DNA from: Candidatus Multivorans sp.
GTDB lineage: Bacteria; Acidobacteriota; Thermoanaerobaculia; Multivoradales; Multivoraceae
Length of the DNA stretch: 64,000 nucleotides
Reading direction: 5' to 3'
Assembly (NCBI GenBank): GCA_965224025.1
Contig: OZ245033.1
Coordinates: 1,536,001-1,600,000 of the forward strand
Part shown: piece by piece, positions 20,458 to 30,585 of the stretch
How the letters are laid out: each line of letters begins with the position of its first letter
Numbering within the stretch: the first letter of the stretch is position 1
The notes under the pieces: model-generated
What the model saw: the letters and a program-made list of their open reading frames with translations, nothing else
Told to the model about the DNA's origin: nothing
Databases searched by the model: none
Translations under genes and position numbers: made by a program

Positions 20458-20739
20458 CAGTTGGCGGTGCGGCGCACCCGCCGGCTGGGGGCATGGGGGT
20501 CAACTTCCAGGTGGCGTGCCATCCGTGCGCCCGCTGACGGGCGCACGGACTGGTTCACGGGTGGCGCGGATCGCGCCACCCGGGTTCGCGCTTCAGAGGA
20601 GATGGGAGGGGTTTGCGCTCACTCCCCTTGCTGCCCTGCTCCGCTCGCTTCGGTACGTTGTCGGTTGCTGGGAGGACCTGGGGAGTCGCTCGCTCCGAGG
20701 CGCCCGGAGGTTGACCCCCCATGCCCCTGGCGCCGACTG
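20458..20739. repeat. About 280-bp palindromic element (MITE/REP-like or ncRNA) between convergent serA and rlpA
   Basis: Long closing stem 20485-20511/20703-20730 and internal hairpins; 20513-20574 recurs inverted at 43292-43353. Confidence 0.7.
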
Positions 20740-20776
20740 GATGTCGTCGGGGAGTGAACCGCCGCCAAGGACCCTT

Positions 20777-20804
20777 CCCTCCGGCCCCGGAGCAGGCGGG
20801 TGAG
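20777..20804. repeat. 28-bp repeat, inverted copy at 23013-23040
   Basis: CCCTCCGGCCCCGGAGCAGGCGGGTGAG matches the reverse complement of 23013-23040 at 26/28. Confidence 0.8.
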
Positions 20805-20810
20805 CGGCCG

Positions 20811-21536
20811 TCACCGCGGAATGATCGCGGCGATGCCGGCTTTCTCGAGCTTCTGCCGCACGAGGTCGGCGGCCTTCTGACGCCGGCGGTCGATCTGGAC
20901 CCGGTACCAGCCTCCTTGTTCACGGATCCTGACCTTGTCCAGGCCCAGCTCGCGGCGCAGGCGACGGGCCAGGTCGGCGGCCCCGCTGCGCTCCCTGAAC
21001 GCGCCGGCCTGGATCGTGAAGCCGGAACGCTCGGCTCGGCCGGTCGGGGCCGCGGCCTTGGGCGCCGTCTTGCGCGTGGCCTTGGCGCGGGAGTTCTTCG
21101 GCGGGCGTCCGTTCGCCGGGTAGGAGATCGGCAGGTTGCGGCCTTCGGGCGCCGTCCGAACGACGCGAATCCGCACCTTGGCAAGCCCGGCGCCGAACAG
21201 GGCGAGTTCCCGTGCCGCGCCCAGGGAGAGATCGATGATCCGGCCCTTGACGAAAGGGCCGCGATCGTTGATCGGAACTCGCAGCTTGCGCCCGTTGTCC
21301 CGGTTCTCGACTTCCACGACGGTGCCGAAAGGCAGTTGCTTGTGGGCCGCGGAGATCCGGTTCATGTCGTAGATCTCGCCGCTGGCGGTGGCCCGGCCGT
21401 GGAACTGCCCGCCGTACCAGGACGCCAGTCCTTCCTGCGTGGTCCCGCGGCGAGGGGTCTTGAGAGCCGAGGTCGAAGCGCAGCCGACCGAGAACAGGAC
21501 GGCGAGGAGTGCGGCCAGCGACTGCGTTCGGCTCAC
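20811..21536 (-). CDS. rlpA: Septal ring lytic transglycosylase RlpA lipoprotein with SPOR domain
   Basis: Lipobox SVGC, GLASWYG, TASGE, AAHKQLPFGT, INDRGPF..GRIIDLS, IQAGAF SPOR. Confidence 0.92.
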   Translation of the reverse strand: MSRTQSLAALLAVLFSVGCASTSALKTPRRGTTQEGLASWYGGQFHGRATASGEIYDMNRISAAHKQLPFGTVVEVENRDNGRKLRVPINDRGPFVKGRIIDLSLGAARELALFGAGLAKVRIRVVRTAPEGRNLPISYPANGRPPKNSRAKATRKTAPKAAAPTGRAERSGFTIQAGAFRERSGAADLARRLRRELGLDKVRIREQGGWYRVQIDRRRQKAADLVRQKLEKAGIAAIIPR

Positions 21537-22963
21537 ACCCTCGGCGCCTCGAACGTCGCTGCACGGTGCCGCGCCAGTGCCGGTTCGACGGCCTCAGCCA
21601 AGAAATCGTCGACCTGCTTGGCGGAACGGCCGGTAAAGGAATCCGCGTCGACCAGGGACTCGAGTTCGTCGCGTCCGAGCCCGAACGACGGATCGCCCGC
21701 GATCAGGTCTAGCAGGGGATTCGGCTCGCCCGCCGAGACGCGGGCGTATGCCTCGAGACTGTGCCGGCGGATGCGCTCGTGCAGTTCCTGCCGGTCGCCG
21801 CCGCGCAGCGACGCCTCCATCAGGAAGGTCTCGGTGGCCATGAACGGAAGCTCGCGCCTCACCCGGGCCGCCGTGGCCGCTTCATTGACGCGCAGTCCCT
21901 GGGCGATGTTCGCGGCCAGGAGTAGCACGGCATCGACGGTCAGGAAGCAGTCGGTCAGTACCAGACGCCGGTTCGCCGAGTCGTCGAGGCTGCGCTCGAG
22001 CCACTGCGTGCCGGCGTTCAGCGCCCCGTGCAGCGAGTCGCTCATGACCCGCCGCGACAGCGAGCACATGCGCTCGGCCCGAACCGGGTTGCGCTTGTAC
22101 GCCATCGCCGAGGAACCGACCTGGTTTTCGTCAAAGGGCTCGGAGAGTTCTCCCACGCCCTGCAACAGCCGCAGATCGCTGCCGAACTTGTGGCAGCTCT
22201 CCGCGGCGCCGGACAGCGCGTGCAGGACCTGGCTGTCCTGCTTGCGCGGGTAGGTCTGGCCCGTGATCCGCCAGCTCGCTTCGAAGCCGAGCGCCGAGGC
22301 CACCCGGGCGTCGAGCTCGCGAACCTTGCCGTGGTCGCCGCCGAACAGGGTCAGGAAGGAGGCCTGGGTGCCCGTCGTGCCCTTGGCGCCCCGGCAGCGC
22401 AGCCGGTCGCGGCGGCCGGCCACTTCCTCGAGGTCGGTCAGGAAGTCCTGCAGCCAGAGGCAGGCGCGCTTGCCCAGCGTCGTCAACTGGGCGGACTGGA
22501 AGTGGGTGTAGGCGAGCGCGGTCGTGCCGCGCTCCCCGCGGGCGAACGTGGCCAGCTCGGCGACCGTGGCCGCCAGCCTGCCCGCGACCAGGTCGAGGGC
22601 CTCCCGGATGATCAGCACGTCGGTGTTGTCGGTGATGAACGCGGACGTCGCGCCCAGGTGCAAGATGCTGCCCGCGTCGCCGCTGACTTCAGCGAAATGG
22701 CGCAGGTGGGCCACCACATCGTGGCGCGTTTCCCGTTCGACCTTCGCGACCCGCTCCAGATCGAGATCGTCCGCATGCTCGCGCAGCGCGTCGAGCTGCC
22801 GCTCGCTGATCGGCAGCCCCAGCGCCGCCTGGTTCTCAGCCAGGCAGATCCAGAGCCGCCGCCACGTCCGGAACCGGTGCCGGGCCGAAAACAGCCGCGC
22901 CATCTCCGCGCTCGCGTAGCGCTCGTAAAGCGGATTCTGCGGTGCCTCCCTAGCTTCGGCCAT
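21533..22963 (-). CDS. purB: Adenylosuccinate lyase
   Basis: NPLYERYAS, TRHDVVAH, HLGATS, THFQSAQLTT, GSSAMAYKRNP. Confidence 0.95.
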   Translation of the reverse strand: MAEAREAPQNPLYERYASAEMARLFSARHRFRTWRRLWICLAENQAALGLPISERQLDALREHADDLDLERVAKVERETRHDVVAHLRHFAEVSGDAGSILHLGATSAFITDNTDVLIIREALDLVAGRLAATVAELATFARGERGTTALAYTHFQSAQLTTLGKRACLWLQDFLTDLEEVAGRRDRLRCRGAKGTTGTQASFLTLFGGDHGKVRELDARVASALGFEASWRITGQTYPRKQDSQVLHALSGAAESCHKFGSDLRLLQGVGELSEPFDENQVGSSAMAYKRNPVRAERMCSLSRRVMSDSLHGALNAGTQWLERSLDDSANRRLVLTDCFLTVDAVLLLAANIAQGLRVNEAATAARVRRELPFMATETFLMEASLRGGDRQELHERIRRHSLEAYARVSAGEPNPLLDLIAGDPSFGLGRDELESLVDADSFTGRSAKQVDDFLAEAVEPALARHRAATFEAPRV

Positions 22964-23208
22964 GTCCGCAGTCTACCAGCGCAACTATCTCCGTTGCCTA
23001 GGTTTAGAACGACTCACCCGCCCGTTCCGGGGCCGGAGGGGGGCCCTGGCGCCGTCGCCGCCCGTGGGAAAACGTGGAGCGCTCTTGACAGATGGGCGGT
23101 TGGAGCTGAAATCGACGAAGGGGGACGCCCCCAAGCTCCGGTTGAGGGCCTTCGCTAGACTCGCGGCGGCTAAGTTCCGGTCACGCGAGACGGCAGTGCT
23201 ATCGACCG

Positions 23209-24351
23209 ATGCCGAGTGACACCGAGACGCAGATGGACACCGAATCAAGTTCACCTCTACATCTTCCGAGCCTGAAGATCACGGGGTTTCGCGGCTTCAA
23301 CCACTTGGCGATTCCGCGTCTGGGACGCGTGACGTTGCTTGCCGGGCGGAACGGCGCCGGCAAGACGACGGTGCTGGATGCCGTTCGCGTCTTTGCCGCG
23401 CGAGGCCGCCCCAGTGTTCTCGCGGAGCTTCTCCAGGAGCGCGAGGAGCTCGCCACCGGTCTGGACAAGAACAGAGGCCCGTTGACGGTCCCGGACGCGG
23501 CGGCACTTTTCCATGGACGGGACGAGTCCCGGAGCAACGGCATCGCGATCGGTCCAGGGCCGAAGAAGAACGACCTCAGGCTGGCATGTTCGTCGCGGGA
23601 TGACTGGACCGATGAAGAGAAGCCCCTCAAGATCGACGGGGAGGCCCTGAGAGTCGAGTATGGCGGTTGGAAGGGCTACGCGCCATGGTCGCTGATGGGC
23701 GATTCGTCCTCCGTTTTTCTTCCACTGGCGGGACCGAAGCGGTTTGACGAGGCAGATTGGCCGGCACCGGTCAAATGCGAGTCCTTCGGTCCGGGTCTGC
23801 CGGACAACAGCCATCTGGCCGGTCTCTGGCGCCTTGTTGCCTTGACCGACGACGAGGACTTTCTGGTGCAGGAACTTAGGCGGAGTCTTGGCGAGAACGT
23901 GCAGCGGATAGGCGTCGTCGACGACAATGGAGGCCAGCCGGGCTCTCTCTCTAGGCGTGGCGTCATCGTGAAGCTCCAGGGCCACAGTCGCCCGGTGCCT
24001 CTGAAGAGCTTCGGCGACGGCGCCGTGCGGCTGTTCGGCGTCGCCCTGACGCTGACTTACTGCCGCGGCGGCCTCCTTCTGATCGACGAGGCGGAGAACG
24101 GTCTGCACCATACTGTCCAGACCGACCTCTGGCGCATGGTGCTTCAGGCCGCTCACGAAGGCGACGTACAGGTCCTGGCCACAACCCATAGCTGGGACTG
24201 CGTCGCGGGTTTCGAGCGGGCGGCCACGGAGTGCGACGACATCGACGGCGTTCTGGTTCGGCTTGAGGGGGCTGACGAAGGCTGCCGTGCAGTTCTCTAT
24301 TCGGAGAACGAACTGAAGATAGCTGCCGAGCAGCGAATCGAAGTCCGGTAG
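23209..24351 (+). CDS. ABC-type AAA ATPase (AAA_15/AAA_21-like)
   Basis: Walker A GRNGAGKTT, FGDG signature, Walker B LLIDEAENGLH, H-loop TTHS. Confidence 0.85.
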   Translation: MPSDTETQMDTESSSPLHLPSLKITGFRGFNHLAIPRLGRVTLLAGRNGAGKTTVLDAVRVFAARGRPSVLAELLQEREELATGLDKNRGPLTVPDAAALFHGRDESRSNGIAIGPGPKKNDLRLACSSRDDWTDEEKPLKIDGEALRVEYGGWKGYAPWSLMGDSSSVFLPLAGPKRFDEADWPAPVKCESFGPGLPDNSHLAGLWRLVALTDDEDFLVQELRRSLGENVQRIGVVDDNGGQPGSLSRRGVIVKLQGHSRPVPLKSFGDGAVRLFGVALTLTYCRGGLLLIDEAENGLHHTVQTDLWRMVLQAAHEGDVQVLATTHSWDCVAGFERAATECDDIDGVLVRLEGADEGCRAVLYSENELKIAAEQRIEVR

Positions 24352-24360
24352 GCAATCGGC

Positions 24361-24670
24361 GTGGCGGAAGAACGCATCCTCCTCGTGGAGGGAGAGGACG
24401 ACGAACATGTCGTCAAGGCGCTTTGCAAGGCTCGCAAGGTCGAACTGAACTTCACGATCACGAACAAGAAGACCTATCCGCAACTCCTTGACGGCATTCC
24501 GGTGACCCTCAAGCAGCCGGCTCTTCGTGTCTTGGGCGTTTTGGCCGACGCCAACGACGACCCTGAATCGAGGTGGCGGGAGATCGTCGATGCAGCGGCG
24601 AGAAGCGACGTGGTTTTGCCCGATGCGCCGGACTCGTGCGGCACGATCATCCAAGTCGACCTCAGGGTCG
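24361..24670 (+). pseudogene. TOPRIM-like (DUF3226/DUF4435-type) ATPase partner, C-terminally truncated
   Basis: LLVEGEDD and LADAND motifs; the frame runs into antisense argF sequence at about 24665. Confidence 0.65.
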
Positions 24671-25281
24671 GCGCCGGTTTCGATCCCGGCGCCGGTATCG
24701 GCGGCGAATTCGCGTGCGAGGTCGAGGTAGTTGGCCGCGACTTCGTAACCTGGGGGTGAGGCGATGGAGAAGTCGAGACCGGCGCGGGCGCAGGCGATCA
24801 TCAGGGAGTGCGCGACGTTGTTGCCGTCGCGATCCGGCGGCCGCGCAGGTCGCCGACTCCTGGCGGACGGTCATCAGGTCGGCGAGCGCTTGGCATGGGT
24901 GCAGTTCGTCGGTCAGCCCGTTGATCACGGGCATTGTGGCGTGCTCGGCCATCTCCACGACGGTGCCGTGCTCGAAGGTGCGCAGCATCAGCAGGTCCAC
25001 GTATCGAGACAGGACGCGGGCGGTGTCGGCGATCGTCTCCCCGCGTCCGATCTGCAGGTCGCGGTTGGAGAGGAAGATCGCCTGGCCTCCGAGTTGCGCC
25101 ATCCCCGCTTCGAAGCTGACCCGGGTTCGAGTGGACGCCTTCTCGAAGTAGAGCCGATCGACTTGCCCCTGAGCGTGTCGCGATGTGACTGGGGCCTGGA
25201 TTCGAGCTGCAAGGCCAGCTCGAGAATCGATTCGAGTTGATCGTCTTCGAGATCGGCGATCGAGATCAGATGTTCGGGCAT
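24663..25281 (-). pseudogene. argF: Ornithine carbamoyltransferase, frameshifted and 3'-truncated
   Basis: HLISIADL, (L)[55 protein letters not shown] in three frames; C-terminal third absent. Confidence 0.9.
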
Positions 25282-25467
25282 GTGAGGCCTCCTTCCCTCC
25301 AGCCGGATTCGCGCACGCATGGTGTCGTGTCGCGAGAAAAGCCGCAGAGTATGGCGGACATCCGGGCGTCTATCGGCGCGTTTCTCGCCCGGGGCGGGCC
25401 GAGTCGCTCCGCATCCGGCCAGCTACACTGCCCACCTCTTGGCTCTCTCGGTTCCAGGTGCGGACAG

Positions 25468-26055
25468 GTGAGCGGCGGAGAAGCCACGGAGCGCCCGTGG
25501 GTGCTGGTCACCGGGAACGCGAACAAGCGGCGCGAGGCGGAGCGGATCGTCGGCCACCGGCTGGAGACGGCGGCGATCGACCTGCCGGAGATCCAGTCGG
25601 GCGACCTGATCGAGGTGCTGCGGTTCAAAGCCGAGGCCGCCTGGCAGCGTCTCGAGCGGCCGGTCGTCGTCGAGGAGACGGGCCTGGAACTCGCCTGCAT
25701 GAACGGCTTCCCGGGTCCGCTGGTCAAGTGGATGCTGGAGGCGGTCGGCGACGAAGGCATCGCGCAGGTCGCGATTCGCGCCGGCGACCCCGGTGTGGTG
25801 GCGCGATGCGCCCTCATGCTCAGGGGTGGCGACCGGGAGGTGATCGCCGAGGGCTCGACCGCCGGCAGACTGGTGCTGCCGCCCCGAGGTGGGGGCGGCT
25901 TCGGCTGGGATCCGGTATTCGAGCCCGATGGACACGAACGGACCTACGCGGAACTCGGCGATGAGGTCAAGGACCGGATCGGCCACCGCGGCCGCGCCTG
26001 GCGGGCGTTCCTGCGGGCGCTCGATGGCCTGGAAGAGGCTGGTCAGGAGCGCTGA
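25468..26055 (+). CDS. rdgB: Non-canonical purine NTP pyrophosphatase (Ham1/RdgB)
   Basis: LVTGNANK, LPEIQ, EETGL, GFPGPLVKW, GFGWDPVF, KDRIGHRGRA. Confidence 0.9.
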   Translation: MSGGEATERPWVLVTGNANKRREAERIVGHRLETAAIDLPEIQSGDLIEVLRFKAEAAWQRLERPVVVEETGLELACMNGFPGPLVKWMLEAVGDEGIAQVAIRAGDPGVVARCALMLRGGDREVIAEGSTAGRLVLPPRGGGGFGWDPVFEPDGHERTYAELGDEVKDRIGHRGRAWRAFLRALDGLEEAGQER

Positions 26056-26648
26056 GCGCGGCCCTTCAAGGCGGAGTACACGGCCTCGACCTGGGCGCGG
26101 AGCTCAGCCAGGCCTCCGCTGTTCTCGATCACGTAGTCCGCGGCCGCGCGACGGTCCTCCGACCGGGCCTGCGCCTCCATCCGTGCCGCCGCCTGGTCGC
26201 GGTCGAGGCCGCGCTCCACGGCGCGGTCGAGGCGAAGGCCTGCCGGCGCCTCGACGGTGACCACGGCGTCGTAGCGTCCACGACCGCCGGTCTCGGCCAG
26301 CAGCGGCACTTCGAAGACGACGACCGCGCCGTCGCCCGCCGACTCCAGGATCTCCAGGTAGCGCTGCCCGACCAGGGGATGGATCGCCTGTTCGAGGCGC
26401 TTGCGGCTGGGAGGATCGGCGAAGACCGCTGGTCCCAACGCTTCCTTGTCGACCGATCCGTCCGCTCTCAGCATCCGCGGGCCGAAGAGATCGGCAACTG
26501 CTTGGGCGCCCGGCTCGCCGGGCCGGTACAGATCGGCGACCAAAGCGTCCGCGTCCGTGACGACGCAGCCCATCTCGGCCAGCATGGCGCCGACCGTGGA
26601 CTTGCCGCTGGCGATGCCGCCGGTGAGTCCCACCCGTAGAGCAGTCAT
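26043..26648 (-). CDS. coaE: Dephospho-CoA kinase
   Basis: VGLTGGIASGKSTV, DAD, IHPLV, EVPLLAE, ADYVIENSG. Confidence 0.95.
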   Translation of the reverse strand: MTALRVGLTGGIASGKSTVGAMLAEMGCVVTDADALVADLYRPGEPGAQAVADLFGPRMLRADGSVDKEALGPAVFADPPSRKRLEQAIHPLVGQRYLEILESAGDGAVVVFEVPLLAETGGRGRYDAVVTVEAPAGLRLDRAVERGLDRDQAAARMEAQARSEDRRAAADYVIENSGGLAELRAQVEAVYSALKGRAQRS

Positions 26649-26689
26649 GGTGGCGTGAGAATACGCCGCCACGGGACCGCCGCTCGTCA

Positions 26690-27738
26690 GTGTTTTCCAA
26701 TAGAGAAAATGAGCGTGGAGCGGCGACGGTAGAGAGGCTTCGATCCCGGTCGGTTCGGGGTTGGTTTCTGGAAGCGGCAGACGGTTCCGTACCGTCTGCC
26801 GCCCGAGGGTAGCGCGCTGGGCACGGGGGCGGGGTCCTCGTAGCGCGGCGCTGCGGTCATGCAGTTGGCGGCTGTGGCGATCGATGGCATCTGCGCCGCG
26901 GTCGGTTCAGGCGGTCCGGCGGCGCCGTGGACCGGACTCCCGGGCGATGAGTTCGAAGAGTCTGGCGCGAGCCCGTTTCAGGGCGACGGCGGCGTCGAGA
27001 TCGTTCATGGCCCCGGCCTGGTCTTCGAGGGCGGCGATGGTCACGCCGGTCTTGAGGTACTGCTCGACTTCGGGCAGGGACCGGAGCTTCTCGAACGGTG
27101 TCATCACATCTCGGTAGCGGTAGCGTTTCCTGGTCTTGCCCCTTCTGTCTGTGACTTCGGTTGGGAACAGGCAGGGGCGGTGGAAGTTGAGGAAGGGCGA
27201 GAGCGTGTCGCGGGAGAAGGCGTTGACTTCGCGGGCGAAGGGCTTGGGGGATATGTCCGTAGCCGAAGTGGCGCCGGATCACGTTGCCGTTCTTGGATTC
27301 GACCAGCGCGTTGTCGTTGCTGTGCCGGGGGCGCGACTTCGTGAATTCCGGGACGTGGAGCCCGTTCAGCATTTCGGCCACCCTGTGGTTGATGTACTCC
27401 GAGCCGTTGTCGGCGTGGAAGCCCAGCACCTTGAAGGGACAAGCCTTGATGAGCTCCTCCAGCGCGGGCACGAGGCAGGGCTCCGAGATGGCGCGCACAG
27501 TCGCCACGTGCTCCCATTGCGTCACCTCGTCCGAAAGGTTGACGTGGTACACGCCCTTCTCGCCGTCCCGGTCCCCCTGGTGCACCCTGTCGACGCGCAG
27601 GAAGCCCGGCCGACCCTTCGGCTTGGGCTTGTGGCGCTCGCCGATCGAACCGCAGTGGTCCGAGTCTCCTTGAACGTGGTGCGGCGGCGCTGGTAGGTCG
27701 TGGACTTGCGCAGGTTGTAGAACTGGCCGTTCGAGATT
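26690..27738 (-). mobile_element. rve/IS481-like integrase-core IS, 5'-truncated, frameshifted
   Basis: PGFLRVDRVHQGD, FHADNGSEYIN, SRPRHSNDNALVESKNG, NFHRPC, TPFEKL; frameshifts at about 27247 and 27650; stop at 26907. Confidence 0.8.
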
Positions 27739-27744
27739 GAGGCC

Positions 27745-28660
27745 AGATGCGGGGACGTGCTATCTGGCGTCGAATTGGCGGGTTCTCGGCAGCACGCGGG
27801 GGTACGCGCGGGTTCCCGGCGGCGGCTGGCGCGAGCACGGGTCGCCGAAGACGGTGCTGGTGCGGGAGTTGTCGCGTGGCGCCCGAGCGGCTCTTCGCGG
27901 CGCCGAGGACCTTGAGGAGTGGGGTCTTGCTCCGGTCCGTGCCGAGCCGCCGGGGGCGGACCGTCTGCGGAGCATCTACGAGTTTCTCTGCCGTGTGCCG
28001 GAGTACCGAAAGGCGCGGGGGATTCGGCACAGGCTGCCGACGGTGCTCGCGATCGCGGTCGCGGCGAAGCTGTCGGGGGTGCGGGGCGTGGTCGCGATCG
28101 GCGAGTTCGCGTCTCGTCTGACGCAGTCGCAGTTGTCGGCGGTGAGCGCGTTCTTCAGTCCGAGCAGGCAGCGCTACGTGGCGCCGTCGCGTTCGTCGAT
28201 CCACCGGATTCTGACGGAGCTCGATTCGCAGCTTCTCGACCGGGCGGTGCGCGGCTTCGTCGACCAGTGTCGAAGGCCGGTCGGCGCGATGGCGCTTGAC
28301 GGCAAGTCGGCGGACGGTGAGTTGATGCGCGGCCGCGACGACGAGCGGACGCTGGTGGCCGCGATCGAGCACGGGAGCGGTCTGGTTTGCGGACAGGTGG
28401 CTTCGGCGACCGGCGGCGGCGAGATCGAAGGCGCGCGCCGGCTGTTGCGCGAGATCGACATCGCCGGTCGGGTGGTGCCGGTCGGGTGGTGACGCTCGAC
28501 GCCCTGCACGCCCAGCGCGAGACGGCGCGCCTGATCGTCGCCCGCGGCGGCGACTACCTGATGACGGTCAAGGGCAACCAGGCGGCGCTGCTCGACGACG
28601 TTCTGAGGTTCGACTGGGAGTCGAGGCGGGTGCGGGCTTCGGAATGCGCGACCATTCGGG
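27745..28660 (+). pseudogene. DUF4338 C-terminus fused to ISAs1 transposase, fragment
   Basis: GTCYLASNWRVLGSTRG (DUF4338), RKARGIRHRL..VLAIAVAAKLSG, ALDGKS, VTLDALHAQ, YLMTVKGNQ (ISAs1); 14-bp tandem duplication 28464-28491 shifts the frame. Confidence 0.8.
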
Positions 28661-28940
28661 GAAGAGCCGCCGCGTGACCTGGCTCATCGCGTCGCCAAAC
28701 CGGAGGTCCTCCAATGAAGTATGGCAATTGGTTTCGCGATGCGATCCTGAGCACGCGGGCATTGTTCAATGGGGCTTCGTCGCCGATGCGTGGCGTGGTC
28801 CTGTCCATCCTGTTCTTCGCATTGATAGTCGGCGGCGCGCCGGGAATGGCCGAGGACGAGGTCAATCTAGGGGATGTGATCACCGTTATCGGCAAGTACA
28901 TCCCAGTGCCAAAACTCGAGATCACGCAGCCCCCCACGAG

Positions 28941-30438
28941 GCCTCTTTCGAGTTGCGAGTGGGTAGGGCGCGGGCGAGTGCAGATGCTGAGGGGGTCTTG
29001 GGATAGCGGCCTCCGCCGCCGTAGCCGCCGCCGTCGGGCTGTGGAATCTGCGGAAGACCGGTAGCGGCGAGGGCGCAAGCTGTCCGGTGGGGAGGGCGTT
29101 CGCGGCGATTTCGGGTGGCGGCTGTAGTCGCGGGCGATCGGAATGAGCAAGACTCGTCTCTCCTGTTCCGACTGAAGGAGGACGAGAGATGCAGAGGGAA
29201 TTGTTCGCGAGAGCGCTGGGCGTGTCGGCGCCGTGGTTCGTTGACGGCGTGGACTTCTGTGAGAGGGAGCGTCGGTTGACGATACGGATCGACTTCAGGA
29301 AGGGCAGCCGATTCGCCCACGAGGGGGACGGCGGTTCTCATCCGGTGCACGACACGCAGATCAAGCGCTATCGGCACCTCAACTTCTTCCAGCACGAGTG
29401 CCTGCTCGAGGCGCGAGTGCCCCGTGTGCGACTCCCCGACCAGCGGGTGGCGTTGGTGACTCCGCCCTGGTCGGGCAGATTGTCCGGCTTCACGCTGCTG
29501 TTCGAAGCCTTGATTCTGGCCATGTGCCGAGACATGACCTTCGCTGCGGTGGCCCGGTTGACCGGGGTGTCGTGGCATCGGGTGCACGCGATCTGCAAGC
29601 GCTACGTCGAGCTGGCGGTCGACCGGGACGACCTCTCCGAACTGCGCCACGTGGCCATTGACGAGACTTCCCGCGCCAAGGGGCACGACTACGTGACCGC
29701 GGTCGCCGACAGCGAGCGCCGGCGCGTGGTGTTCCTCGCCGAGGGACGCAAGTCCGGCACGATCGAGGAGTTCGCCGACGATCTGCAAAGGCGCGGCGGC
29801 GATCCCGCCGCGATCAGCCGGGCGTCCATCGACATGTCGGCCGCCTTCCTCAAGGGCGTCGCCGAGAATCTCCCCAACGCCGAGGTGACCCTCGACAAGT
29901 TCCACGTCATGGCCCTGGCCTCGAAGGCGGTGGACGAGACCCGGCGCCTCGAACAGCGCCTCGATCCGTCGCTGAAGGGCCTGCGCTGGACGCTGCTCAA
30001 GAACCGCGACTCCCTGACGCCGGCCCAACGGGCCGACCTCGACCGCTTCGTCAAGAGGGTCGCCAGCCGACGCACCGCACGCGCCTGGCTCTATCGGGAG
30101 CAACTCCGCGAAATTCTCAACCGCAAGCAGATCAACGTCGTGCTGCGAATGCTCCATCAGTGGTGCACCAACGTGAACCGCTCCAAGGTCGAACCCATGA
30201 AGGCCGTCGCCCGCACCATCCGAAAGCACCTGCAAGCGATCGCTGCCTGGGCGCGAACCCGGCAGACCAACGGCTTCCTCGAAGCCCTCAACGGACTCTT
30301 CCAGTCCGCCAAACGCAAGGCCAGAGGCTACAAGCGATTCGACACCATACGCATCGCCTTCTTCCTCATCGCCGGCAAACTCGACTTCCACACGCTCAAC
30401 CCGCACACCGCTTGACCCACTCGCAATTCAAAAGAGCC
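28941..30438 (+). mobile_element. ISL3 element 1 (transposase 29189-30415)
   Basis: 24-bp IRs (21/24); 8-bp TSD CCCACGAG at 28933-40 and 30439-46; AIDETS, SIDMS, DKFHV, TNGFLEALN motifs. Confidence 0.95.
29189..30415 (+). CDS. ISL3 family transposase
   Basis: DDE motifs IDETS / DMS / DKFH / EALNG..KRKARGY. Confidence 0.93.
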   Translation: MQRELFARALGVSAPWFVDGVDFCERERRLTIRIDFRKGSRFAHEGDGGSHPVHDTQIKRYRHLNFFQHECLLEARVPRVRLPDQRVALVTPPWSGRLSGFTLLFEALILAMCRDMTFAAVARLTGVSWHRVHAICKRYVELAVDRDDLSELRHVAIDETSRAKGHDYVTAVADSERRRVVFLAEGRKSGTIEEFADDLQRRGGDPAAISRASIDMSAAFLKGVAENLPNAEVTLDKFHVMALASKAVDETRRLEQRLDPSLKGLRWTLLKNRDSLTPAQRADLDRFVKRVASRRTARAWLYREQLREILNRKQINVVLRMLHQWCTNVNRSKVEPMKAVARTIRKHLQAIAAWARTRQTNGFLEALNGLFQSAKRKARGYKRFDTIRIAFFLIAGKLDFHTLNPHTA

Positions 30439-30585
30439 CCCACGAGCCCCTTCCCATCTGGCATAGGGCCAGAAGAGATGGGCATCGACTTCATCAACGA
30501 AGCGACAATGAAGGCGTACAAGGAGTCCATCAAGGCGATATTCAAGAGTGCCGCCAAGAAGACAGGAGACACTCCACAGAAATTC

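Noticed and set aside
26730-26760. TTCGATCCC resembling a tRNA T-arm (also near 24678 and 43490)
   Set aside because: No cloverleaf or acceptor stem; the latter two lie inside coding sequence.
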